Shown here: positions 29,209 through 37,905 of the stretch, in pieces
Layout: each line of letters begins with the position of its first letter
Position numbering within the stretch: position 1 is the stretch's first letter
From: a virus
Reading direction: 5' to 3' (one strand)
Length of the DNA stretch: 64,000 nt
Virus record (IMG/VR): IMGVR_UViG_3300030329_003696
Coordinates: 64,001-128,000 of that record
Position numbers and translations under genes: made by a program
Notes under the pieces: generated by a model
Told to the model about the DNA's origin: nothing
What the model saw: the letters and a program-made list of their open reading frames with translations, nothing else
Database searches by the model: none

Positions 29209-30120
29209 TTAGTGTAGTGCGTACATGGACTTAGCGTTCTTGAGATGTGAGGCACAGGCACGAATCGCTGCGTCCTTAGACTTGAGTTCGATGTCCCAGT
29301 CGTAGTCATCGCTACATGGAAAATCTACGGGCATGTCTGCGTGACTGCGTGGATTGGTCTTGTCAGGATGTGACTCACTGTAATGAAACAGTGGTTTGCA
29401 AGGCCAAGTCTCTGCACACTCTAGGTAAGTATTCTTGGCTGACGGATTGCACTTGTCGTGCAGGTTGTCGTATGTGATAGGTAAGCTAAAATACTTGAGC
29501 AGGTTATCTACATTCCAGCAACCTTTGTCTTCGTTCTCTAAGACTAAACGAGAAGTTACGCTTTGATCGCACTGGTTTAGGTTAGACATGAAGCGAGCAG
29601 CGATGTCAGCGAGATCGCCCTTAGTACAGTTGACATGGATGTTGATAGGGTTGTAGTAGCTACGCTCACAGCCTAGCTGATCCATGACCCAGCCATGATG
29701 GTTGAGTTCTAGGATCGTCTTATCTACTGACCCTTGATTCTCGCTTGCAAGCACGTTAAACTGGTCAGGATGCGTAGATAACCGCACGCCCCAGAAGTTC
29801 TTGTTTTCCCATGCGGTATCGTTGAGAGTTTCCATGATAGCTTCGTACTGAGGTACGTCTGAGATGTCGTAACCGAACTCAGGATGTGTTAGCACAGGGA
29901 ACAGATTGCTTGAAATGCGATAGCCCCAGCGGTTTTGCCAGCAGTGCAGGATAGCAAGTCTAGTGACTTTGACATTATTGAGCCAGCGTGAGCCTAGCTC
30001 GTTGAGTGCGTGAGAGACACTGTGCTGACTGCACAGGTCATTGTAACGCTTCCATGTCATGGTCTGGAAGGAGTGGCCTTGTTCTTTGAGTTCGTTACTG
30101 ATGCAACATAGATTGTACAT
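29209..30120 (-). CDS. uvsE: UV-damage endonuclease UvsE
   Basis: YRISSNLFP, RLSTHPDQFNVLAS, LVLENED, FHYSE, HAD, ELKSKD. Confidence 0.92.
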   Translation of the reverse strand: MYNLCCISNELKEQGHSFQTMTWKRYNDLCSQHSVSHALNELGSRWLNNVKVTRLAILHCWQNRWGYRISSNLFPVLTHPEFGYDISDVPQYEAIMETLNDTAWENKNFWGVRLSTHPDQFNVLASENQGSVDKTILELNHHGWVMDQLGCERSYYNPINIHVNCTKGDLADIAARFMSNLNQCDQSVTSRLVLENEDKGCWNVDNLLKYFSLPITYDNLHDKCNPSAKNTYLECAETWPCKPLFHYSESHPDKTNPRSHADMPVDFPCSDDYDWDIELKSKDAAIRACASHLKNAKSMYALH

Positions 30121-30210
30121 ACTTGTCTCCTGTTAGTTGGTTAGTATCCACTGTATTATAATTTATCTATCGGCAGATGTCAATAGGTATCTTTAATTTA
30201 TTTTAAATAT

Positions 30211-30498
30211 TTGCGTACCGACAGCGTTTATACCTACGAAGAACTATGAAAGCCAGTAGGTATATGGTAGTGTTTATAGGCAGTATCTTACAAGCTAATG
30301 GAAATTTTTTGCTAAAACCGAAGTTATCTTCGTAGGTCTAGGTTGCTCGCCAGCATTGCCTAGATTTAATTTTTCGATACCTCTGAGTGGTCGGACACTC
30401 AACTGCAACCTATACTTCTCAATGGGTCAGGAACGCAAGACTGCACCCAGTTACGTCTTTATACAAATCTATGAGAAGCGATAATACTGAACTACCAT
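30211..30498 (-). ncRNA. unassigned ~290-nt multi-pseudoknot RNA, copy 1
   Basis: ORF-free; shares invariant blocks and about 11 covarying helices with 52939-53230; lies 3' of tRNA-Leu. Confidence 0.8.
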
Positions 30499-30534
30499 TA
30501 TTATCTAATCATTATATTTAATCATTATATTTAA

Positions 30535-30619
30535 TCTCGATGGAGGGGATCGAACCCTCACTCCCAATAAGGGAACCGGATTTTAAGTCCGATGCGTCTG
30601 CCTATTCCGCCACATCGAG
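30535..30619 (-). tRNA. tRNA-Leu(TAA)
   Basis: CTCGATG/CATCGAG acceptor, CTTAAAA loop, long variable arm, GGTTCGATCC. Confidence 0.93.
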
Positions 30620-30814
30620 TTAGTCTTTTCTGAAGAACTTTTTAAATGTGTTCCAGAGAAAACTTTTTATCACGCTTTTATGGACGATCCTTCCCCCTTC
30701 TTCTTTGAGTCCAAAGTGTTCCAAAGAGCAGTCTTTACAATACCAAAGATGACATATCCTACAGCGGTAGGACTGGTTAATTTCAATCTCTTTGTCGCAA
30801 CTTTCACATTTCAT
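30620..30814 (-). CDS. small Zn-finger protein
   Basis: CxxC x3 + H. Confidence 0.6.
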   Translation of the reverse strand: MKCESCDKEIEINQSYRCRICHLWYCKDCSLEHFGLKEEGGRIVHKSVIKSFLWNTFKKFFRKD

Positions 30815-30817
30815 AAG

Positions 30818-30889
30818 TAGCTCGACGAGGAATCGAACCTCGAACTAGGGTTTAGAAGACCCTTGTTATATCCGTTTAACTATCGAGCC
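30818..30889 (-). tRNA. tRNA-Arg(TCT)
   Basis: AGGGT-CTTCTAA-ACCCT anticodon arm; GGTTCGATTCC. Confidence 0.93.
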
Positions 30890-30894
30890 AGAAG

Positions 30895-30967
30895 TCCGGC
30901 AGGGTGGAATCGAACCACCGACTCCCGCTTTATAAGAACGACGCTCTAACCCCTGAGCTACTGCCGG
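30895..30967 (-). tRNA. tRNA-Ile(TAT)
   Basis: CCGGCAG/CTGCCGG-A acceptor, loop CTTATAA. Confidence 0.88.
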
Positions 30968-31106
30968 TTCACGGAGGTTGTCGCCCTGATTATTCTCAGC
31001 CGTTGCACTTTTAAGCAACCGAACACTTAGTGAGAACAGCGGTGTGTCCTGTATTATTATATTCAATCTATCGTCATTTGTCAATGGGTTCTTTAGATAA
31101 TTTCAT

Positions 31107-31384
31107 AAAAAAAGCCAGCTTTGGTAACAAGGTGCTGGCAAACCCCGTGACCTACGAATAGGTCAGTCGGCCACCTAAGCGGCCATTGCGTAATTCTCTA
31201 CGCCGTTTAAAGTTGTGATAGATTTTTAGCGTAGCCCTTCTATCAACTACGACATGCAGTCATTAACTACGCAACCAGTCGATACCATTACGCCCCCATG
31301 AGTTGGCAAGTGGAGGCGGGGAGAATCGAACTCCCGTCCTGCATTGGTTCACTAATAACGTCTACATGCTTATGCCCGAAGGCA
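31107..31384 (-). ncRNA. ssrA: circularly permuted (two-piece) tmRNA, tag (A)GVENYAMAA
   Basis: Acceptor piece (..GACGGGAGTTCGATTCTCCCCGCCTCCAC, ends 31310) precedes coding piece (GGGGGCGTAATGGTATCGAC.., starts 31297); G3.U70; tag ORF 31204-31175. Confidence 0.9.
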
Positions 31385-31385
31385 G

Positions 31386-31458
31386 TACCCCATAGGAGAA
31401 TTGAACTCCTGTTTTCGGCGTGAAAAGCCGATGTCCTAGTCCACTAGACGAATGGGGC
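31386..31458 (-). tRNA. tRNA-Glu(TTC)
   Basis: TCGGC-TTTTCAC-GCCGA anticodon arm; GTTCAATTC. Confidence 0.93.
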
Positions 31459-31585
31459 GGTGATGCTACGCAAATGTTCGGTAGATCACAATTAACATTG
31501 ACAAACTAATGCCAGATAAAAAACCTAAGCTATAGTCTTTTAACATAAGATTTCTTTCTCCTCTTTTTACCATATTCTCCCCTGA

Positions 31586-32044
31586 TTAAAACTTAAACTC
31601 AACAAGAGTAATGAACTCTTGATTATCGATTCCTCTATGCAAAGGATAGATAAGATCGCTTGGCAATAATTGCTTATCACACTCCGAGGGAGGTGCTGGA
31701 TCGCCTAGAATCCCCTCTGGTTCTACAATCGGAGGTTTCGTTGGGAGTCTCTCCAGCTTAGGAGGAACCCAGTAACCTCTTTCATATCGAAACATCTTAG
31801 GTTGAGGCCAATAAAATTTAGCCCTGAATGGGGATGTGATAATTCTACCAGCACCCTTAAGCATAGCTCCAGTCCCCCGAATGGTCTTCTGTCCCACGTC
31901 TTTAACATAGAGTCCCACTCCCGACAATACGTCGCAAGGGGTGACAGCCTTAAAAAATATAGGCTCTTTTTCCTGTGCCTCTGCGTCTGCGGTGATAGAC
32001 ACGCTAGACGCTAAAAACATCAAACTAATAAATAAGCCTTTCAT
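31586..32044 (-). CDS. secreted hypothetical protein
   Basis: signal peptide ending AxA; RBS GAGGAGG. Confidence 0.65.
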   Translation of the reverse strand: MKGLFISLMFLASSVSITADAEAQEKEPIFFKAVTPCDVLSGVGLYVKDVGQKTIRGTGAMLKGAGRIITSPFRAKFYWPQPKMFRYERGYWVPPKLERLPTKPPIVEPEGILGDPAPPSECDKQLLPSDLIYPLHRGIDNQEFITLVEFKF

Positions 32045-32128
32045 AGTTTCCTCCTCAGATAAACAACAAAAAAATCAAAAGCACTAACAGTGCTAAACCT
32101 ACACCAAGTCCTTTCCAAAAGCCCTTCT

Positions 32129-32527
32129 TCATATTCTGTGTTCTCCCATATAGAACTCGAAGAAAAGTTTAATAGGTAATCCAAAATCTTTTCCAAACAT
32201 ATCGCCTGTATCACCTGCAACGTGGAACGTCAAATAGTAAAACAAGCAGAGTTGAAAAACAAAAACCGGCCATACTATTAATTTATATCTAGTTTTTAAC
32301 AAGGCCAGCATAATAGCTACGGCAAGCACGGTTGTCACAGCTTTAATTTCTACTAAACCACTGACTCCTTTGGTTTCGATAATCCAAGAGGCAACAGGGT
32401 TTTTTTCGTCCATCTTTAAAGTCTTAAAGAAGATGACATTCATCACGTTATCATAAACCGAGATTAATCCTGACAAGAATACTGCAAGTGCTGACAGATA
32501 GAAATTGCTAAATAGTTTTTTAAACAT
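32129..32527 (-). CDS. multi-TM membrane protein (DUF5658-like)
   Basis: D...EKNP...K plus hydrophobic helices. Confidence 0.6.
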   Translation of the reverse strand: MFKKLFSNFYLSALAVFLSGLISVYDNVMNVIFFKTLKMDEKNPVASWIIETKGVSGLVEIKAVTTVLAVAIMLALLKTRYKLIVWPVFVFQLCLFYYLTFHVAGDTGDMFGKDFGLPIKLFFEFYMGEHRI

Positions 32528-32602
32528 GCGTGCATAACTCCGTGTGTGTCGTTACAAGAGTCCTACGCTCTCCAGTTCTTACACACTATTATACACATTT
32601 AG

Positions 32603-32758
32603 CTATTCTTCCTTCCAGTAGAACCCTGACAGTTCTTCTTCTGTCGGACGGTCAGTCATATCATTGTCGTGAATATACCAATAGGGGTCGTAGTCTTTAC
32701 GGTTTCTTTCGTGAACTTCATCAAAATAAAATTCCCAAACAACTTCTTCAGCAGTCAT
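32603..32758 (-). CDS. small acidic protein
   Basis: start MTAEE coupled to upstream ORF. Confidence 0.5.
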   Translation of the reverse strand: MTAEEVVWEFYFDEVHERNRKDYDPYWYIHDNDMTDRPTEEELSGFYWKEE

Positions 32759-32924
32759 GTTTTCTTCTTTCCAGTTCCTTGATTTGTGCGTTGAGTTTCT
32801 TGATTGTGTTCTCATACTCGTCTGCATCTTTCCTAAAAAGTGTCGTCTGAATGGCTCTTTCGTAATAGTCAATAGCATTAAACATCTGTTGAATCTGCCA
32901 GTCAATGTCGTTCATAGTAGCCAT
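32748..32924 (-). CDS. small coiled-coil protein
   Basis: start MATMND after AAGGAG. Confidence 0.55.
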   Translation of the reverse strand: MATMNDIDWQIQQMFNAIDYYERAIQTTLFRKDADEYENTIKKLNAQIKELERRKHDC

Positions 32925-32996
32925 AACATTTCTCCTTGAAAAGAAAAGAAAGGGGAGCAGGGCGAACCATACTCCCCATGATCTAACCAACCACGA

Positions 32997-33824
32997 TTAG
33001 AAATCTACTCCTTGTTCGTAATAGTCGTCCTCGTACAGGGTTTCGTCTTCCATGTACACTTCTTCTTCGAGTTGCTCACGAGCAACGCTGACCACAGTGT
33101 ACTTACTGACTCGCATCTTAGAGAATTCGCAGTCAGTTGGGACACTAACGATGTCGGCAGGGTCGAACTTAACAAGCAAGACAACTCCACCATGACCAGC
33201 CCAGTCGTTTGCGTACTCGTAAGTACCCACATGCAGACCAGCGGCACAACCCTCGTTGCAGTTATCGCTGACCCTTCGACGGTTCATACTGCACTCGTCA
33301 CCGATGTTGTTACGGAACGAGGTTCCTGTATACTTGTCAACGTGATCGCCAGCAGTAAGAGGACGACCGTTCTTATCTGTACGATCTTCACCACTATAGA
33401 TGGACACGCCCTTGTAACCGATTAACATTCCGTCATCAGTAATTGGCAGTCCCTTGTGACTACACCATGTGTAAGACTCTTGCACAGCACGATTGCTGAC
33501 GTTCTGATACAGACGCTCAAGGTAGGCAAGCATAGGCTTGTGATCCCAACCATTCTTTAGCATGTTGATGATACGCTCGGTTGGCTGGCTGGCTACCTGC
33601 TCGTCCTCGTAATATAGGAATCCATCACGAAACTCGAACTCGCCATTCGACCAGTCCTCTATGACCGTCCCTGTATTAAAGAGGTTCACAAACTCGTTCT
33701 CGTCACCAGCCATGACGCACTCACACAACCCATTATACTCTGGGTGAGTATGGTCGTACTGGAATGGCTGACCTCCGAGTACAACTGTCCAATGATTGTC
33801 ATTTGATTTGATATGTGACAACAT
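32997..33824 (-). CDS. rIIB: rIIB-like protein
   Basis: LPITDDGMLIGYKGV, CAAGLHVG..YA, VKFDPADIVSVP.D, KMRVSKY. Confidence 0.88.
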   Translation of the reverse strand: MLSHIKSNDNHWTVVLGGQPFQYDHTHPEYNGLCECVMAGDENEFVNLFNTGTVIEDWSNGEFEFRDGFLYYEDEQVASQPTERIINMLKNGWDHKPMLAYLERLYQNVSNRAVQESYTWCSHKGLPITDDGMLIGYKGVSIYSGEDRTDKNGRPLTAGDHVDKYTGTSFRNNIGDECSMNRRRVSDNCNEGCAAGLHVGTYEYANDWAGHGGVVLLVKFDPADIVSVPTDCEFSKMRVSKYTVVSVAREQLEEEVYMEDETLYEDDYYEQGVDF

Positions 33825-33919
33825 AATCCTAATCCTTTGCTAAATTAAAGTAATGTGATTGGTTTCACTCTATTATAGTATAGTTATCGTCAAAGTCAAG
33901 AGGTATCTTTAACTTTTTT

Positions 33920-34132
33920 CTAATTTTCTTCTTCTTTTTCTATCGGTTCTAATTCCGACTGCATTTGCTCTGAATAAGTTTCTTCAAAAACATCATAGTC
34001 CTCGATGGTATAGTCCCAATCCTCTGGTAGTCCTCTGACATCTACACACATGCCACCTTCAATGACTACTGTGATTTCGTGATGCCTATCCACTACCATC
34101 TCATGCTTGCTTAAAGTTACTGTATTACTCAT
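33920..34132 (-). CDS. hypothetical protein
   Basis: coupled ORF. Confidence 0.6.
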   Translation of the reverse strand: MSNTVTLSKHEMVVDRHHEITVVIEGGMCVDVRGLPEDWDYTIEDYDVFEETYSEQMQSELEPIEKEEEN

Positions 34133-34503
34133 GTTCTAATTCTTCCTAATAAATCTTTATGCTTGTCAACCGGTTCGGCGGTTTTATCCACGATCATCTG
34201 TTCATCGGGATAGTAGAAAACAAAATATGAATGTATAATCTTAGTGTTTGGACAGAACTGCCCCATCTCATACGTTGTTTGCCACACGTTAATTCTATAT
34301 CGTTGAATGTTACCTTTCTCCCATAGGAATCCAGCACGAATCTTAGATATATCTTTTAGCGTACTTAAGTTACATTTCTCCTCTAAAAAGTCTTTTAAAA
34401 TTTCATTGGGTATCTCAGGCTTGCTCACCTTTGCCTCGATTGGCTTAGGTGCGACAGGCCTAGTTCTCGGTCGTCTTTGCGTTTTCACGAATAGTACCTC
34501 CAA
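34129..34503 (-). CDS. hypothetical protein
   Basis: RYRINVW; coupled ORF. Confidence 0.6.
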   Translation of the reverse strand: MEVLFVKTQRRPRTRPVAPKPIEAKVSKPEIPNEILKDFLEEKCNLSTLKDISKIRAGFLWEKGNIQRYRINVWQTTYEMGQFCPNTKIIHSYFVFYYPDEQMIVDKTAEPVDKHKDLLGRIRT

Positions 34504-36400
34504 TATAGTTTGCGATTTTTGTTTGGTATTCCTCGTCAGTATGAGTCATCTCCCAGTCTGACAAGAATGTAAGCATCTCGTACTTGACGAAGAACTCGTC
34601 CATCATATCCTGAATCATGGTGTCCTTCTCCATGTCGGCAACTTCACGATCCTGATTGAGAGAGGATAGCCAGTCAGCTACCTCGCTGTTACTGTGACTT
34701 TCTACGAGTTCTATCATGTCACTGATGTCCTGCTGTTGCATGTGCTTGTGCATCTGCTTGAACACGCCGAACTGACGAACATTGTAGTCGTAGTAGGTTT
34801 TAGGCGAACGTGCGGCCAACTCACGCTTGACGTAATCTGCAAGGTCAATGAAGTTACCCTTCTCGAATTGCTTGGTCTTAAGAAACGCTGACTTCAGAGC
34901 AATAACTTTTGGTGCGTCTATGCCACACTTCTCCAGACGAGACAATACCCGTCTAACGTCACTATTGCAGTAGTACACACCATTTGCCCCCTGTGGCTCC
35001 CAACGATTGATCTCGATGTACACTATCTCGTCGCCATCAATAGTTAGCTCGGTTTCGTCGAAGTAGTCTTTGTTTGTCCAGCCAGAGTGGTTACGGTCAA
35101 ACACAAACGTCTTGACTGTGCTACCTGCTGTGGCGTAACTCTGGCGTACAACTTTCGGCAAGTCCTCCAAGTCCAGCAATACGTCCTCGTCGATCAAGCA
35201 CTCTTTGATTTGCTCGTCCGATAGGATAACCATTGTTAGCTTTCTGAAGCCTTTGAGGTATTCCTTGATACGAGTCTGCATACGGTCTTTATGACGGTAA
35301 TACTGGATATTGTCACCCACTGGTACACGCTTGGATGTAGCCTTGTCGGTGCTACTCCAGCTACGCTGGAAGTAGGTAAACTCTTTGGTTGGCTCTGGTA
35401 GATCGTACTGCTCAAGGTTTGCCTTGATATGCTTACCAAGATTACCCTGACGCAGGCGGTTAGCAAGAACAGCCTGTTTGAACGGAGTGTCCAACTCTGC
35501 AATTTGCTGACCCGCTTCTACAGCCAACTTATCTTTTACCTCTTGAAACTTATCCTTGATAGCCTTCTTGGTCTTGTCGTCCATAGCAAGGTTCTCACGG
35601 GCAGTATCAAAGCTCAACTCACCCAGATCAAACTTAAGGTATCCCTTAGTGTTGAACTCGTCTAGCTCATCAGGAATCTTGTAGGCGATGTTGCCCATTA
35701 GAGCGTACATGCTACCCCAACCAGCGGTCAGGCCAAAGTCGTCACCCCTGAAGGCATATTCCTCACGGGTTTCCTCGATGGCCTCCATGACGCTTTTGTC
35801 GTTGATCTGCGGTACAGTACCTTCCCAGAATCGAAACACATTCTGTGCCTCCTCTGAGAACTCGTACCACTTGCCCTCTACGGACAGGCTGACCTCCAGA
35901 CCGTTAGCCTCATCTGTCGCTAACTCTGTAAGCAGAGCCACCACTGGCTTACGTTCTTCGTCACGGTAGCATGTGTAGGTACGGCACACACCGTCGATAT
36001 AACTTTTTACGGTAAAACTATCTGTCATAGAGTAGGGTGACAGACTGCCAATACCGAAGCAACCAATGACCTCGTTGCTGTCACGCTTGGTACTGATACC
36101 AATACCAGCAAAGATGTTACGCACCTCGTCATCTGACAGACCTGTGCCAAAATCCCGTATAGAGAAGAATGGCTCTAACTGTGTAGGCAGATGTACGTTG
36201 AATGGTACGTCTGTAGTGCCAGCCATGACATGGCTGTCGTGTGCGTTGCAAGATAGCTCACGGATAATCGCTCGCTCTTTATGAGAGTACACCTTGTCAG
36301 CGAACATATCTACGATGAATGCGATGTCGCCAATGGCAAAGTCGGATGTCTCGAAGTCGCCGTGTACGTTTACGTTCTGATCTTCTGTGTAAAGTTTCAT
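34460..36400 (-). CDS. rIIA: rIIA-like protein (N-terminal GHKL ATPase)
   Basis: AIIRELSCNAHDSH, IRDFGTGLS, STKRDSN..IGCFGIGS; near rIIB. Confidence 0.88.
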   Translation of the reverse strand: MKLYTEDQNVNVHGDFETSDFAIGDIAFIVDMFADKVYSHKERAIIRELSCNAHDSHVMAGTTDVPFNVHLPTQLEPFFSIRDFGTGLSDDEVRNIFAGIGISTKRDSNEVIGCFGIGSLSPYSMTDSFTVKSYIDGVCRTYTCYRDEERKPVVALLTELATDEANGLEVSLSVEGKWYEFSEEAQNVFRFWEGTVPQINDKSVMEAIEETREEYAFRGDDFGLTAGWGSMYALMGNIAYKIPDELDEFNTKGYLKFDLGELSFDTARENLAMDDKTKKAIKDKFQEVKDKLAVEAGQQIAELDTPFKQAVLANRLRQGNLGKHIKANLEQYDLPEPTKEFTYFQRSWSSTDKATSKRVPVGDNIQYYRHKDRMQTRIKEYLKGFRKLTMVILSDEQIKECLIDEDVLLDLEDLPKVVRQSYATAGSTVKTFVFDRNHSGWTNKDYFDETELTIDGDEIVYIEINRWEPQGANGVYYCNSDVRRVLSRLEKCGIDAPKVIALKSAFLKTKQFEKGNFIDLADYVKRELAARSPKTYYDYNVRQFGVFKQMHKHMQQQDISDMIELVESHSNSEVADWLSSLNQDREVADMEKDTMIQDMMDEFFVKYEMLTFLSDWEMTHTDEEYQTKIANYIGGTIRENAKTTEN

Positions 36401-36483
36401 TTCCTAATCTCCTGTGGTTGGTTGGTTGGTTGGTTGCCCGTTGATTGGGCGATACTTCGATTATACAATAGTTATCGTCGAAG

Positions 36484-36804
36484 TCAAGTGGTAACTTTAG
36501 TTTTTCCTAAAAATTTCTCAAAAGCCTCCACTACGTCGTCATAAAGCTCGCCCGCTGGACTACAAGATACAGCATTGCTTCCCAGTACATCGTGCTTATG
36601 TTCCAACAGTTCGTGAACTATCCAGTCTACAAGATTAGTCTTACCTCGTTCATGTTCTAGAGCTTCACATAAACACTGTATGATGTAATGTTCTGTGAAC
36701 CCCTCCAGTGGAACTGAATCTGGTGCTGGATGTTGGTGAGTACCAAAACTGTTGATACATTTAATTATGATTTCTTTTTGCTTGTCGCTATACACTCGGC
36801 TCAA
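36484..36804 (-). CDS. hypothetical protein
   Basis: ORF. Confidence 0.55.
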   Translation of the reverse strand: MSRVYSDKQKEIIIKCINSFGTHQHPAPDSVPLEGFTEHYIIQCLCEALEHERGKTNLVDWIVHELLEHKHDVLGSNAVSCSPAGELYDDVVEAFEKFLGKTKVTT

Positions 36805-37070
36805 TTTCCTGTACCTCCATTAACTGGTTCCAGCCCTCAATCCTGATAACTTCATATGCCTCATTATTATGATAGTACAAGTCTCCTATCTCGTAACCAT
36901 CTTCTAAATCTACATAATAACTTTTTAATTCGCTCACCACTCCTCCTCTACTGATATTACAATTTCGCCCTTTTGTAGTTGCTCGATATACCAAGCGGTA
37001 GCTTGCTCACGAGCATCTTCTTCTGACGTTGCTTCAAACGCACAACCTGATTCAATAAACATATAATATG

Positions 37071-37454
37071 TCACGCTCTGTCCTCCGCTGAAAACTTCAT
37101 AGCAAGATTGTAGACAGACTCCAAATATGATGCCTTATCTAAGGTTAAGTATGCCTCTGTTGGATTATCACCCCAAGACATACCGCCAGAGTAGGTGAGG
37201 TACACGGTATTGCCGTTCTCATCGTACTCAGACCACTCGCCTGTTTCTCTGGTCACAAGGTCAGATGCTTCCTCGATAACTTGTAGCATGTCCTCAATAA
37301 CTAAACTGTCACTCTCATCATCAAAGTAGTAGCAGTCACGCAAATACTCTTTGTCATCCTCCGTCATAGATTCCAAAGTCTGACGGAACTCTCCCTTACG
37401 GGCTTCGTTAAAAGTAAATCTTGGAAACTTAGCCATACAAAAATTTGCACCCAT
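37071..37454 (-). CDS. hypothetical protein
   Basis: RBS AAGGAG, own promoter; SGGMSWGDNPTE. Confidence 0.7.
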   Translation of the reverse strand: MGANFCMAKFPRFTFNEARKGEFRQTLESMTEDDKEYLRDCYYFDDESDSLVIEDMLQVIEEASDLVTRETGEWSEYDENGNTVYLTYSGGMSWGDNPTEAYLTLDKASYLESVYNLAMKFSAEDRA

Positions 37455-37663
37455 TTCAATTCTCCTTTTTCAATCGTGGTTTGTTTGGGTTATGCCTTCA
37501 TTATACAATAGTTATCGTCAAAGTCAATAGGGGTTCTTTAATTTTCTTGAAAATTTTTTCACAAATTAGGTAAATGAACAATGCTTCTACAGCACCCTCA
37601 AAAGGCAGTTGTATCGCCATCATTACGGACAAGAATCCTATTTCTGCTTTTTTCATCTTTTTA

Positions 37664-37888
37664 CTATATTACGTTATTTGATTTATCCTTGCCCTTTTTT
37701 GGTTCAGGAGCAGGCTCAGGAGCAGGCTCAGGAGTAGGCTCAGGAGTAGGCTCAGGAGTAGGCTCAGGAGTAGGCTCAGGAGTAGGCTCAGGAGCAGGTT
37801 CTTCTACTGCCGGTTCTGGAGTTACTGCTGGAATTTCTGCTTCTACTTTTTTTGGTTCTTTGTTATTGAACGAAAATTGGTATGACAT
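37664..37888 (-). CDS. Pro/Glu-repeat protein
   Basis: (PEPT/PEPA)n. Confidence 0.65.
   Translation of the reverse strand: MSYQFSFNNKEPKKVEAEIPAVTPEPAVEEPAPEPTPEPTPEPTPEPTPEPTPEPAPEPAPEPKKGKDKSNNVI
37701..37801. repeat. 12-bp tandem repeat GGCTCAGGAG(T/C)A x~8
   Basis: directly visible. Confidence 0.9.
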
Positions 37889-37905
37889 TTTTTTGCCTTT
37901 CTAAA

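Noticed and set aside
30211-30498. RNase P RNA, SRP RNA, or group I/II intron identity for the duplicated RNA
   Set aside because: No GAGGAAAGUCC/P4, SRP domain IV, P7 or domain V consensus visible, and it does not interrupt a gene. Needs confirmation with Infernal.
30866-31084. 72-aa ORF in the track
   Set aside because: Overlaps tRNA-Ile, tRNA-Arg and a promoter; spurious.
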